Notes: generated by a model from the letters alone, not told the origin. DNA of 64,000 nt from Ignavibacteriota bacterium (GCA_963742955.1 CAVUOA010000009.1:754596-818595); one strand, 5' to 3'. Positions 21,518 through 32,204 are shown, counted from the first letter of the stretch. Translations and numbers: made by a program.

Positions 21518-22201
21518 ATGGCATTAGTAAAAGACATAAAAATATATTTCAAAATGCTGTTCAGCTATAAGCCAAAGACCTTCTGGAATGAGCTTCTTTC
21601 AAACTCATTTGACCTGCGCGGTGTTGGACATTACAGGCTCAGCAACGAAGAAAATCTGAAAATGTATGAGGAGAAGAAAGAGATAATTGTAACTGAGCTG
21701 AATAAAAGCGGGATAAAGATTGACAACACTTCAAATGTGCTTGAAATCGGATGCGGTGTTGGCTACTGGACGGAGTTTTTTAAAGAGTTTGGTGTAACGC
21801 AATACACTGGAAACGATATAGCGGAAATATCAATAAAAAATCTAAGCGGACAGTACAAAGAATATTCCTTTATCCAGGGAGATATAAGCGAAATTCCGCT
21901 TCCGAAAAATACGTTCGATATTGCTTTCATGATTGACGTTACACAGCACATAACAGATGACGAAAGGTTTAATAAAGCAATAGCCAATATCTGGGGTTCA
22001 ATAAAACCCGGTTTTTATTTTATTGTAACCATTTGGGACCCCGCTAAAAACGTTTATCTTGCAAACAAACTCCGTTTAAACAGAATCGAAAAGCCGAGAG
22101 GAATTGATTTGTATAAAAAAGCCTCCGGAGAAGATTTTGAAGTTCTCTCGAAAGTCGATTTTAACGATAAATTTCTGCTTTTAATTAAAAAGACACAGTA
22201 A
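21518..22201 (+). CDS. Class I SAM-dependent methyltransferase
   Basis: Motif I VLEIGCGVGYWTEFF, with downstream acidic and post-I motifs. Confidence 0.85.
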   Translation: MALVKDIKIYFKMLFSYKPKTFWNELLSNSFDLRGVGHYRLSNEENLKMYEEKKEIIVTELNKSGIKIDNTSNVLEIGCGVGYWTEFFKEFGVTQYTGNDIAEISIKNLSGQYKEYSFIQGDISEIPLPKNTFDIAFMIDVTQHITDDERFNKAIANIWGSIKPGFYFIVTIWDPAKNVYLANKLRLNRIEKPRGIDLYKKASGEDFEVLSKVDFNDKFLLLIKKTQ

Positions 22202-23285
22202 TGAGAATACTGGTAAATGCACTTTCCGGTATAGGTGATGCTGTAATGTTCTCACCCGCTTTAGCCGTGTTGAAGAAGCATCTGCCCGGCGCGCAAATTG
22301 ATATGCTGGTTATGTTCGAGCAGGTTGGTGAAATCTACAAGCTTAATGAAAACACGGCAGAAATTTATTTTATCGATTTTCTTCATCAGTCAAAATTTAA
22401 ATCGCTTAGAGAAATCCGGAATATAAGAAAAAACCGGTACGATATTTCGATTAACGTTTACCCATCGAACAGGAAAGAATATAATCTGCTGAATTATATG
22501 CTGGGCGCTAAGAAGAGAATTGGCACAAAGTATAACAATGTTTCAAAGCGCAAACTGGGATTTCCTGAATACTGATTTAAAACCGGAAGTAAAAGACAGG
22601 CATAATGTACTTGAGAATTTCGACCTTAATCAAAATACTTGCTCCCGATGCAAAAGAAGATGAGCTCCCGGACTTAGAAGTAGATATTTCTCTTGATGAT
22701 GAAATATTTGCCGCCAATTACCTTATTGATAAGCATCTATCGGGAAAAATGCTGGTGGGATTTCACGCCGGCTCGCGCATTGTTTAAAAGGCATATTAAT
22801 AAAAGATGGTCATGCCGGATAAATATGTTGAGCTTGCAAAACAGCTGCATCAAAAACACAATGCTCACATTATGCTGTTCGGCACTGAAAAAGACGTTAA
22901 TCAATATATTAACGATATGACAAAGGGGTTTTCCACAATCCCTGAAACGAAAAACATTATGCAAAGCATTGCATTGATGAAAAAATGCAGCCTGTTTGTT
23001 TCGAATGATACAGCATTAATGCATATTGCGGCAGCATTGAAAATTCCTACAGTGGCAATTTTCGCATATACAAATTATAAAGAACTCGCGCCTTGGCAAA
23101 ACAAACACATAATTGTAAGAAAAGAGCTTGAATGCAGTCCATGCTTTTACAACTCACCACGACCTGTACAATGCATATTCTCAGGCGGGGATGAATTTAA
23201 ATGTATAAAGACGATTGAAATTAACGAAGTAATGGGTGCAGCGGAAAAGCTAATTGAGGAAATACCAGGTAATATTAAATCTTGA
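22201..23285 (+). pseudogene. Family 9 glycosyltransferase (heptosyltransferase-like), four frame changes
   Basis: The pieces MRILVNALSGIGDAVMFSPAL..., DFLNTDLKPEVKDRHNVLENFDL, IKILAP...GFHAGS, ALFKRHINKRW and PDKYVELAKQL...NDTALMHIAAALKIPTVAIF lie in alternating frames. Confidence 0.8.
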
Positions 23286-25263
23286 CCACACGTTAAACAG
23301 CCCGCCCCTATCCATGTAAGGATAAATCCCCGAAGTTATATACAGTCTGTTAAGCAGATTTTCGAAAGTTAAACCGAAAGTTGCTTTATCAATCTTGCCG
23401 ATGATGAAGAAATCGAGTGTTGCATTGGATTTAATTATATAATAATTATAGTTCATTGTTGTTGAATCGAGCAGACGGTTGGAAAAATCATTATAATAAC
23501 CGTTATAGAAGTCAGCATAATAATCTGTCCAGAACCTGGAAGCAAAGCCGATTTTTACTTCAAGCTTGTTTTTAAAGAACAAATTATGATAAGCCAGAAC
23601 TGCATTACCAGAGTATCTTGGATTGGACCCGTCATAAGTTATATTATTTAAAACATGCATCAAATTCCCTTCAAGCTCAATGTTAAAAATACGAAGCTTT
23701 AAGCCAGTTTTTACACCATCATAATTCCATTCTGTAGTCTGATAGTAATAATAATTCCCGTTAATGCTGTTATATATTCTCGATTTATTTACTCCTTTAT
23801 AATATTCAAAAAAAACCTCTCCGTATTTATTTGATATACTTGCACCAGCAGAATAATCGGAATTTGTTTCCTGGCGCGTCAATACTGACTGCAAGGAGGG
23901 AATTCCCGAATATATATAGTTATTAAGAAAATATTGCTGGTATGTAGGAAGCGTATTTGAAAAACTATACATCCCGTATAACGAGACGTCAGCAATATTC
24001 CCGATACTTGTTTTGACAGTTGGTTTAATGCCGTAATCAAAATAAAATTTATTATCAAAATAATCGAACTTATAAGCCTTTGCGTAAGCATTAACATCAA
24101 AATGCTTAGAAAGCAAATCTATGTTTTCGATAAAAAATGCTCTTCCCGATTGGCGGATAGGAATTATATTCGACGTAATAAGGTCTTTATCATATTCAAG
24201 CTCTGTTTTTGTTTGAAAATCAAGCCCTTTGATTAGGCTATATTTCAAGACCTGCTGAAGCTTTACTCCGTAATCAATCCAATGCGAGTTATCGATAAAA
24301 TAAATCCCGTTCGGGGTTGGTCTGTTCTCCTCATCCCTGTATTTTCTGAACGAATTGCTTGTAAAAAGCTGCAATTTTGTAAATGAGTTTCTGTTTTTGC
24401 CGTATGCATAAATAAAACCCAAATCAACATCAAATCTTTCACGGATTTCGTATGCATCAGGGTTTCTCACTATTGCTGTCGTAACATCAAATAAATTTGT
24501 TCTGTCAAGAATTGTTTTTGTGGGGTCAATTCCTCCGTTCAATCCCCGTTGAATCTTTGAATAATTCCCGTATAAGGAAGGCATTAAACTTAGTGTTAGG
24601 AAAATAATTAAAATTAAATCTCCCCTGCCATTTATCAAAATCAGAGTTAGTGTATTTACCGTCAGAAGAATTCTTAGTGATTCCAAAATTAAAATTAAAT
24701 TTTTTAAATATATTCTGGTCGTATGAGCCGTCGAAGTACAGGTTTTCATACCTGTCCTGCCAGTAACTTATTTCAGAATAAGGTCTGTAACGAAATACCT
24801 GGTGATTAATTACATTAATGCCGTTACTGTAATCATATAAAAAATTTCCAAACCCGTTTGTCAATTCCATTTCGGAGATTTCATTTCTTGAAAGCAGATT
24901 AAAATCTACGCTTCCGTCAAGCAGATCGTTCAAAGGTCTGCCGTTTCGCATTAATGCTGTGTAATGATGGTCAAGCTGGTTATAATTAAGCTGGTTGACC
25001 TGTCCTATATCCATAAAGCTTAAATAATACCCCGGCAGATAATTAAACAAATCATCGATTGTTTTTAGCGGATACCAGAGAAACCGTTTGCGTGTTATTG
25101 TATCGGGAGCGTTTGCATTTATATAGTTATACCTGCTTTCGGAAAGGAGAATTACGGGGGCGGCGGTTGAATCTTTTTTTACTTTGAGTGAATCTTGAGC
25201 AAAAGACCATGAGCTCATTAAGAATAATAGGAAAATTGTTATTTGGACTATGTGTCTAATCAA
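23250..25263 (-). pseudogene. Large outer-membrane beta-barrel (putative porin / plug-less TonB-receptor-like), one frameshift
   Basis: The N-terminal ORF 24526-25263 (signal peptide) and the C-terminal ORF 23250-24749 overlap in different frames. The join lies at about 24570-24610. The protein ends in the aromatic ...ITWYFLN. Confidence 0.6.
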
Positions 25264-25275
25264 ATCAAATTTGGT

Positions 25276-25962
25276 TTAACTGTTAACAATTCTGCCATCC
25301 ACCATTTTCAAAGTTCTATCCATCTTAGAGGCAAAAGCCTCATTATGCGTAACAATTACAAAAGTCTGTTTATATTTTTTTCTAAGCTCAAATATTAAAT
25401 TTATAACTTCATCACTGTTCTGTGTATCAAGGTTTCCTGTAGGTTCATCGGCAAGTATTACCTTTGGTGAGTTAATTAACGCCCTTGCAATTGCTACCCT
25501 TTGAGCCTCACCGCCGGATAGCTCTGATGGCCTGTGTTCAAGCCTGCCGCCAAGCCCTACGTCTTCAAGCAGGGTTTTTGCGCTGTCCCTAACCTCAGCA
25601 AGAGATTTACCCGAAATCATTGCTGCAAGCGATACGTTTTCTATTGCAGTAAATTCGGGCAGCAGGTGGTGAAACTGGAACACAAACCCGATTTTGGTAT
25701 TTCTGAATCTCGCAAGCTTATCACTGCTGAGATTGAGTATATTTTCTCCCTCGAAGTAAATTTCTCCTTCTGTTGGTTTATCCAAAGCACCCAATAAATG
25801 AAGCAGCGTGCTCTTTCCTGCACCGGATGCTCCAACTATCGAAACAATCTCGCTGCCGGATATACTGATACTTACTTTGTCTAAAACTCTCAGAGATTTA
25901 TCTTTAGCAATCTTATAATCTTTTACAAGATTCTTGGTTTTTATTATAACGTTATCTTCCAA
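25276..25962 (-). CDS. lolD: ABC transporter ATP-binding protein, LolD-like
   Basis: Walker A GASGAGKST, signature LSGGEAQRVAIARAL and Walker B ILADEPTGNLD. It sits next to a LolC/E-like permease. Confidence 0.85.
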   Translation of the reverse strand: MEDNVIIKTKNLVKDYKIAKDKSLRVLDKVSISISGSEIVSIVGASGAGKSTLLHLLGALDKPTEGEIYFEGENILNLSSDKLARFRNTKIGFVFQFHHLLPEFTAIENVSLAAMISGKSLAEVRDSAKTLLEDVGLGGRLEHRPSELSGGEAQRVAIARALINSPKVILADEPTGNLDTQNSDEVINLIFELRKKYKQTFVIVTHNEAFASKMDRTLKMVDGRIVNS

Positions 25963-26045
25963 TTAGCTTATTATTTTCTTTTGTTTACTTAAAAAATTAT
26001 TTTTCAATCAGTAATTAGTAATTTTTAATTTGAAATTATTCTGAA

Positions 26046-27278
26046 CTACTCCCACCTTATTGCCTGAATCGGCTCCTGCTTTGCAGCCCTGCGTGAAGGA
26101 TAAAGCGAAGCAATAAATGAGAGGAACAAAGATGCAATACTGACATAAACAATATCTGTCCACCTTAAATCAATCGGCAGAGCATCTAAGGGACTGTAAA
26201 CAACTGGGTCAAGCGGAAACAGCTTAAAATGAATCTGCGCCATGCAAATTCCAACGCCCAATACACATCCTATTATCGTTCCGTAAATACCTATTAATAT
26301 TCCCTCGAACATGAAAATTTTAATTACACTTCCGTTAGAGGCGCCCATTGCTTTAAGCACCCCTATATCACGTTTTTTCTCTATAACGGTCATTGTAAGT
26401 GAACCGGCAATATTGAATGTGGCAACTGCAATTATTAATGAGAGAATAACGTAGGCAGTCCATCTTTCAATTTGCATTACCGAGTAAAGGTCTTTGTGAA
26501 GGTCATACCAGGTGCTGATTGTATACCCGTTACCGAGTATACCTGAGAGTTTTTCTTTCACATCTTCCGACCGGTTTAAATCTTTAAGCCTTAATTCAAC
26601 ACCGCTGACAGCGCTTCCCATATCAAAGAGCCTTTGGGAATATTTTATTGAAATAAATGCATAGAGCTTGTCATAATCTCTGTTATTAGCATCATAAATT
26701 CCGCGAACAATAAATCTTAATGATTTGGGCTGTATTATTTGTGTTAATGCTTTTTCCATTCCTGCCGTGCTGAGAACTGTAAGTGTATCTCCCACTCTTG
26801 TGCTCAGCTTGCCGGCAAGACTCAATCCTAATACAATACCACCGTAATCTTCATTGTCTTTGAACTCAAATTCACCTGCCCCGGTTTCATCTTTAACGTT
26901 TGATACTTCACTGATTTTCTTATCATCAACACCTTTCAGAAAAACAAAAGTATTATTTTTACTTGATGAAATAACGGCTTTATTCATAGTATAGGGAGCA
27001 ATTCCCGTAATATCTGATATGGCTTTTACTTTATCCATCACTGTATTATAATCTTCCAGTTTTCCCCCCGAAGATGATTCTATTCTGATGTGCGGGTCAA
27101 AACCCGTTAAAGAAGTTACCTGGAATTTATTGAACCCGTTAAATACGGAGAGCACCGAGATAAGCGCGCCAACGCCCACCGAAATGCCAACAATAGATAT
27201 CAGTGTTATTATTGTAATAAACTGAATCTTTTTCTTGGAAAGGAGATACCTTCTTGCTATAAATCTTTCAAATGCCAT
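26046..27278 (-). CDS. LolC/LolE-family (FtsX-like) ABC permease
   Basis: 410 aa with TM1, a large periplasmic MacB-like domain and three C-terminal TMs. Contains TMTVIEKKRDIGVLKAMGAS. Confidence 0.8.
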   Translation of the reverse strand: MAFERFIARRYLLSKKKIQFITIITLISIVGISVGVGALISVLSVFNGFNKFQVTSLTGFDPHIRIESSSGGKLEDYNTVMDKVKAISDITGIAPYTMNKAVISSSKNNTFVFLKGVDDKKISEVSNVKDETGAGEFEFKDNEDYGGIVLGLSLAGKLSTRVGDTLTVLSTAGMEKALTQIIQPKSLRFIVRGIYDANNRDYDKLYAFISIKYSQRLFDMGSAVSGVELRLKDLNRSEDVKEKLSGILGNGYTISTWYDLHKDLYSVMQIERWTAYVILSLIIAVATFNIAGSLTMTVIEKKRDIGVLKAMGASNGSVIKIFMFEGILIGIYGTIIGCVLGVGICMAQIHFKLFPLDPVVYSPLDALPIDLRWTDIVYVSIASLFLSFIASLYPSRRAAKQEPIQAIRWE

Positions 27279-27340
27279 TTCAGCAATATAACAAACTCAA
27301 ATTTCCTTTTCTGTAGAAAGAAAATGCCCCATATAAATAA

Positions 27341-27367
27341 GAAAGGCGTCTTACTCAGACGCCTTTC
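27341..27367 (-). terminator. Hairpin terminator downstream of the 27384-27818 gene
   Basis: gaaaggcgtc-ttactca-gacgcctttc, a 10-bp perfect stem. A T-rich tract follows on the minus strand. Confidence 0.7.
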
Positions 27368-27383
27368 TTTCAAAACCTAAAAG

Positions 27384-27818
27384 TTAAGCTGTACCTTCTT
27401 TTTTAGCTCCAATTCTTCCGTAAATTAATCCGATTACAAGACCTACTATCAGAGTCATTACCCCCACAATAATTCCGTCAACCAGCGCTGTTTGCCATTT
27501 TATCGGGAATGATGCCCACATATAGAATACATATGGGACACTCGTCAATAATCCGAAATATATACCGAACATAAAGCCCTCTTTGGCAGGCGAACCACCC
27601 TTATAACCTTTCGGGTAAATCCATGCCAAAAAGAACGCCTGAAGTAAGTTCGCAACCGCAATTGCCCAGAGTTTCATATCTGTTTCCGGACGCATAATAT
27701 TTTTGTATGCTTCCTCCATAAATTTCATAAACAGCATACCGTAGAAAACCCAACCCAGAATGAACAACACAATCCCTCCAATAATAGTAGAAAGAATGAG
27801 TTTCATTTTATTCTCCAT
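27384..27818 (-). CDS. Small 4-TM membrane protein (DUF1761-like)
   Basis: 144 aa and hydrophobic. The family assignment is from memory of the DUF1761 pattern. Confidence 0.5.
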   Translation of the reverse strand: MENKMKLILSTIIGGIVLFILGWVFYGMLFMKFMEEAYKNIMRPETDMKLWAIAVANLLQAFFLAWIYPKGYKGGSPAKEGFMFGIYFGLLTSVPYVFYMWASFPIKWQTALVDGIIVGVMTLIVGLVIGLIYGRIGAKKEGTA

Positions 27819-27948
27819 TTAAAATTTATAAAATAGTTTTTTTAAGGAGCAGTTCAGTATCCATGTAATGTTGTTTATAAATATAATGCTTTTTTATGAA
27901 AAAAAAATTAAATACAATTATAATATGAAATGAATATAACAACCGATT

Positions 27949-28671
27949 TCAACGTGTTTTTGCATTTGTCAGTTCATTATATATGTTTTTCGGCTTGGGG
28001 TAACCGTCTTCGACCTGCATAAACATAAGATGTAAATGTGTTGGAGAACGTTTCTTATATGCATTCAGCCCTGTCCTTCCGACATGAGCAATGACATCAC
28101 CCGCCTTAACTATATCACCCGGTTTCACAAAAATTTCGCTGTTATGAGCGTAGTAAAAAATTCCGTCATACGCGGGGTCATAGATATAAATATACTTCCC
28201 GCCCCTCAAATCACTTGAGGGGTCCCAGTCATGCTCGCACGCTATCACAACACCGTTTGAAACAGAAAGAACATTAACAGGTTCTTTTGTATAATCATCA
28301 AGATTATCCTGGTTTTTATCAAGAATAAATATATCGTGAGCAGGATGCCCGCCGTGTTTATTCCCGTCAAAGTAATCGAAACCCTTTGGTTGGTATCCGC
28401 TTCCGTTAATACCGCCAATCGAAGCAGACGTATAGCTCTTCAATGGAAATATCCAGTCCTTATCCGTGGTTTCCGTACCGCCGTTTTGAGAGAAGTAATC
28501 TTTTATTTTAGGAAGAAGCTCCCTAACTTTGTTCACTGCATCATCTCTTGAAATAAGCCCGTCTCTGATTTGAGTATTCAGCTCATTAAACTGGTCACAA
28601 ACATTTGACTGGGCATGGAGAGCCGAAGAAAATAAAATAATGGCCAGGAAAGAAAATAATTTTGATTTCAT
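27949..28671 (-). CDS. M23 family metallopeptidase
   Basis: Signal peptide, HPAHDIF (HxxxD) and PTHLHLMF (HxH) zinc ligand motifs. Confidence 0.85.
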   Translation of the reverse strand: MKSKLFSFLAIILFSSALHAQSNVCDQFNELNTQIRDGLISRDDAVNKVRELLPKIKDYFSQNGGTETTDKDWIFPLKSYTSASIGGINGSGYQPKGFDYFDGNKHGGHPAHDIFILDKNQDNLDDYTKEPVNVLSVSNGVVIACEHDWDPSSDLRGGKYIYIYDPAYDGIFYYAHNSEIFVKPGDIVKAGDVIAHVGRTGLNAYKKRSPTHLHLMFMQVEDGYPKPKNIYNELTNAKTR

Positions 28672-28672
28672 G

Positions 28673-29533
28673 TTATAATATAAAATTTATACCCGCTGAT
28701 GCTAACCAGCCGGGACCGTTAATAATTTCAAATGAAGACCCGATTGTCAATGAAACATTATCAGAAAATAAATACCCAAATCCGGCAAACAGCTGCATTG
28801 TTTCATAATTGAGCTTTAGGTTGTTTGTATAAGCAGTCCCTGTATAAACCGTCAGCTTTTGACCGATATCAAATGCAGGACTGATAGATAACACCAGTTC
28901 GGGTTCAAACTTATAATCATAATTTTTCTTCAAGCTATCAATTGCATTCTGAAGAAGCCTGATATTAAACTGTCTGTCAGGAAAATCCCGGCGCCCGAGC
29001 AAATTAATCTCAGCTCCGATTTCATAACTGAAGCGTCCTGAGTAAAATCCCTCTGCAAGCCCCAAATGATAATCTGTTTTTCCGGTGCCAAGTTCTTCGG
29101 AAGTGCTTGCAGTCGGAATCTTTATAGCGAACTGGAAAACATGAATAAAGTAATCCGATTCCTGCAGCTTAAACTTTAAACCTAAGTGCGCATCACCCAC
29201 TCCGCCTGCTTTATCACCGTTAAATTTATATGTTTGTGTGAACAAAGGGATTCCGGCAATAAGATTAACACTGTTTGAAATACCGTATTCCATATCAACC
29301 GGAAATTCAATAAAATCGTTATTAAATGCTGCGCCTAAATCAATGCTGACTTTCCTTTTTGGTGTTAAATCTGCGTTTATGCTAAAAGATGGTCTGTTAG
29401 CGCTTAAAAGATATGATTTTGCGGTATAACCAAGCGCATCTGTTATTTTTTTCCCGATATGAATCATCTGGGAATAGCTTACTCCCGAACATACAAGTAA
29501 AAGCAAAATAACTGTTAAAATAATCTTTCTCAA
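28673..29533 (-). CDS. Outer-membrane beta-barrel protein
   Basis: Signal peptide, alternating-strand pattern and C-terminal ...AGINFIL. It is probably co-transcribed with the M23 peptidase (a 1-nt gap). Confidence 0.55.
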   Translation of the reverse strand: MRKIILTVILLLLVCSGVSYSQMIHIGKKITDALGYTAKSYLLSANRPSFSINADLTPKRKVSIDLGAAFNNDFIEFPVDMEYGISNSVNLIAGIPLFTQTYKFNGDKAGGVGDAHLGLKFKLQESDYFIHVFQFAIKIPTASTSEELGTGKTDYHLGLAEGFYSGRFSYEIGAEINLLGRRDFPDRQFNIRLLQNAIDSLKKNYDYKFEPELVLSISPAFDIGQKLTVYTGTAYTNNLKLNYETMQLFAGFGYLFSDNVSLTIGSSFEIINGPGWLASAGINFIL

Positions 29534-29550
29534 TAATTATCTATCCTGCC

Positions 29551-29583
29551 CAAAATAAAAAGTTCCGGTATTAATATCTATAA
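29551..29583 (-). terminator. Hairpin terminator downstream of the lipoprotein gene
   Basis: agttccggt-N15-accggaact, with a T-run after it on the minus strand. Confidence 0.6.
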
Positions 29584-29609
29584 CACCGGAACTTAAAATA
29601 AAATTTACG

Positions 29610-30002
29610 TTATTTGGTTATTTCAACTTCACCTGTAGCTATTACTGTACCGTCTTTTTTAAGACAGCTTACTTTGTATTTGCCGGGTTCTTTGAACTCC
29701 ACATCATCAAAATGTATGTAATCCCAGCTTGATTGCACGGTGAAGGGGAATGTATCCACAGGCTTGCCGCTAGATACATCTGTTACATTTATATCAACCG
29801 AGCTTACACCAATGGGTTTGGATAATTTTACCATCACCGTAACATTCCCAACAGGGAACGAGCTTCCTTCACCCACTTCAGTGGTTGTATACTTTTCACA
29901 GAAATAGAGCTTATCGCTCTTTGAAAGATTTTTGATTAACGAACAAGAAACAGCTATTGAAAAAAGAACAAGAAAAGCAGTGAAAATTTTAAGATTTTTC
30001 AT
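29610..30002 (-). CDS. Small lipoprotein of unknown function
   Basis: The likely start is MKNLKIFTAFLVLFSIAVSC (lipobox-like) at 30002, preceded by AAAGGGG. The track's longer ORF (to 30071) is less plausible. Confidence 0.55.
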   Translation of the reverse strand: MKNLKIFTAFLVLFSIAVSCSLIKNLSKSDKLYFCEKYTTTEVGEGSSFPVGNVTVMVKLSKPIGVSSVDINVTDVSSGKPVDTFPFTVQSSWDYIHFDDVEFKEPGKYKVSCLKKDGTVIATGEVEITK

Positions 30003-30088
30003 TTTTTCCCCTTTATATTTAGAAAGTGTTTTGATTGAATGGAATTTGGCAAAATAACTAATAAAAATCAAAAAATAAAGAATTATTA

Positions 30089-30745
30089 TTACTTTTTCTT
30101 CGATTTGTTCGGCTTTACTTTATTATCTTTCCTGAGCTTTTTATCATTAGAAATCAGATTATCCTTTTTTACATCGTTTGGTTCCAGCTGTTTCAATCCT
30201 TCGATATCTCCCCACAAACCTCTTTTGTTATCCCGTGCTTCTTTTTCAGCCTGTATAAACTCATCCAGCTTCGAAACAGGAAATTGCCTGTACGCATTGG
30301 CATAACCATCTTCCACAATTTTTTTGTTTACAAACGTCCCGTCTTCAAGATAAATATACCTAAGAAGCCTGCCGTATTTATCTTTATCTTCATAGTTCTG
30401 TTCAGGTACAAGAATTACTTTTTTCCCTTCTACTAACTTCTTAACATACTCACTTGCAAGCTCACCAAGTTTTTGGATAGTCTTTTTATCCATGCCGGAG
30501 CGCTCTACATCTTTATCCAGTTTCTGTGACTGGAATTTTTCCGGAGTATCTATGCCAAGGAGCCTTACGCGTTCTCCGCCTTCAAGAACAAATGTATCAC
30601 CATCAACAACACGCTGTACAAGCCGGATATCTTTTCCTTTTTGTTCATGTTCGGAAAGCTTGGGGATAATATATATCCATGCGAAATATGCAAACAGGAG
30701 AAGTACACCAATTGTGAAAGTTGCTTTAGTGAAAGTTTTAATCAA
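30089..30745 (-). CDS. Thermonuclease (staphylococcal nuclease, SNase) family protein, membrane anchored
   Basis: VVDGDTFVLEGGERVRLLGIDTPE and GRLLRYIYLEDGTFVNKKIVEDGYA motifs, with an N-terminal TM segment. Confidence 0.85.
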   Translation of the reverse strand: MIKTFTKATFTIGVLLLFAYFAWIYIIPKLSEHEQKGKDIRLVQRVVDGDTFVLEGGERVRLLGIDTPEKFQSQKLDKDVERSGMDKKTIQKLGELASEYVKKLVEGKKVILVPEQNYEDKDKYGRLLRYIYLEDGTFVNKKIVEDGYANAYRQFPVSKLDEFIQAEKEARDNKRGLWGDIEGLKQLEPNDVKKDNLISNDKKLRKDNKVKPNKSKKK

Positions 30746-32063
30746 TTATTTCCGATACCCTTTTCTCTTTTTTCAGTGATGTCTTGATGATATTTCTACT
30801 GGCATTCTTAAGAATTTTCAATGCAGATTCAACTTTATGTTCCTCACTTGCTGCATACAATATAATACATCATTTCCCCTTTTTCAATTTTATCTCCAGA
30901 TTTTTTCATGAATATAATTCCTGAAGCATAATCGATTGAATCGCTTACTTTTTTTCTTCCGCAGCCTAATTAACGGAAGCAATTCCGAATTTTAATGCAT
31001 CAATATGCTGATATATATCCGCGATTTCTCCGCTTTAATTTCTGTGTAATTTTGGGTTTAGTGTATGAACCTGGATTGATAATGTAGGATGTATCACCTC
31101 CCTGAGCTTCAACAATTTCAATAAATTTATTAAAACTTTCACCGTTTTAAAGCTTTTCCTGTGCTATATTAATTCCCTCTTCTATGATTTGCATTTCCCT
31201 GCAAGCATAAGCATAGCCCCGGCCAGTGTCAAAGTTACTTCAATCAAATCGTTTGATAACTCAGACTTTCTCCCGTTTGGATTCATTATCGAAATACACT
31301 CTTCAATTTCAACCCAGTTGCCGATAGCATAACCGAGCGGTTCGTTCATATCAGTCAGTACCGCAATTGCTTTCCTGCCGAAATCTTTGGTAACTCTTAA
31401 CAAGTTATTTGCCAGAATTCTTGAATGGCGGATATCGGGAAGAGTAGAGCCTGAACCGCATTTGACATCATAAACTATGCCCTCTGCTCCTTCAGCTATT
31501 TTTTTGCTGACGATGCTGGCGGTAATCAGACCTATGTTTTCAACAGTGGCAGTAACATCTCTTAAAGCATAGATTTTTTTATCAGCGGGTACAAGGTTTT
31601 CAGTCTGACCTATCATACAGACACCGATTTTAGAAAGAATTTCTTTAAACTCTTTTACAGAAAGATTTACATTAAAACCTTTAATAGATTCCAGCTTATC
31701 TAATGTGCCGCCTGTATGCCCCAATCCCCTTCCGGACATCATAGGCACAACAACATCAAAGCATGCAATTAGCGGTGCAAGAATTAATGAAGTTTTATCA
31801 CCCACTCCCCCTGTTGAATGTTTGTCAATTTTAGGCTTCTTGATAAATGAAAGGTCAACCTGTTCTCCTGAATTTATGTATGCTTCTGTAAAGGCGCGGG
31901 TTTCATCTTCGTTAAGTCCCTTGAAATATATTGCCATAAGCAGGGCAGACATCTGGTATTCTTCAATTTGACCACCAAGGTAGGAGGATATGAACCGGAT
32001 TATCTCGTCTTTGGTTAAAACACCGCCATCACGCTTTTTCTTTATTATTTCAACAGGATTCAT
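30738..32063 (-). pseudogene. pdp: Pyrimidine-nucleoside/thymidine phosphorylase with a degraded C-terminal third
   Basis: The N-terminal 293 codons are intact (HSTGGVGDKTSLILAP, SGRGLGHTGGTLDKLE). The remaining roughly 440 nt read IEEGINIAQEKL-stop-NGESFNKFIEIVEAQGGD..., LGCGRKKVSDSIDYASGIIF... and ILYAASEEHKVESALKIL... in three frames. There is an in-frame TAA at 31147-31149. Confidence 0.85.
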
Positions 32064-32105
32064 ATAAACAAATATAAAAATATATGTTAAGAAATGTAAG
32101 CTAAC

Positions 32106-32123
32106 GATAATTCATCTTCATTC
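32106..32123. promoter_or_regulatory. Weak Fur-box-like AT-rich site upstream of feoAB
   Basis: gataattcatcttcattc partly resembles GATAATGATAATCATTATC. This is an eye match only. Confidence 0.2.
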
Positions 32124-32180
32124 ATGTTAATAGTTTTCACAAAATTTTTCATCATTGTAAATTAACATAAAATTGGACAT

Positions 32181-32204
32181 ATTTAGTCTTATATTAGACT
32201 AAAT
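32181..32204. promoter_or_regulatory. Perfect 9-6-9 inverted repeat (candidate operator) at the feoA 5' end
   Basis: atttagtct-tatatt-agactaaat, flanked by direct aattggac repeats. Confidence 0.35.
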
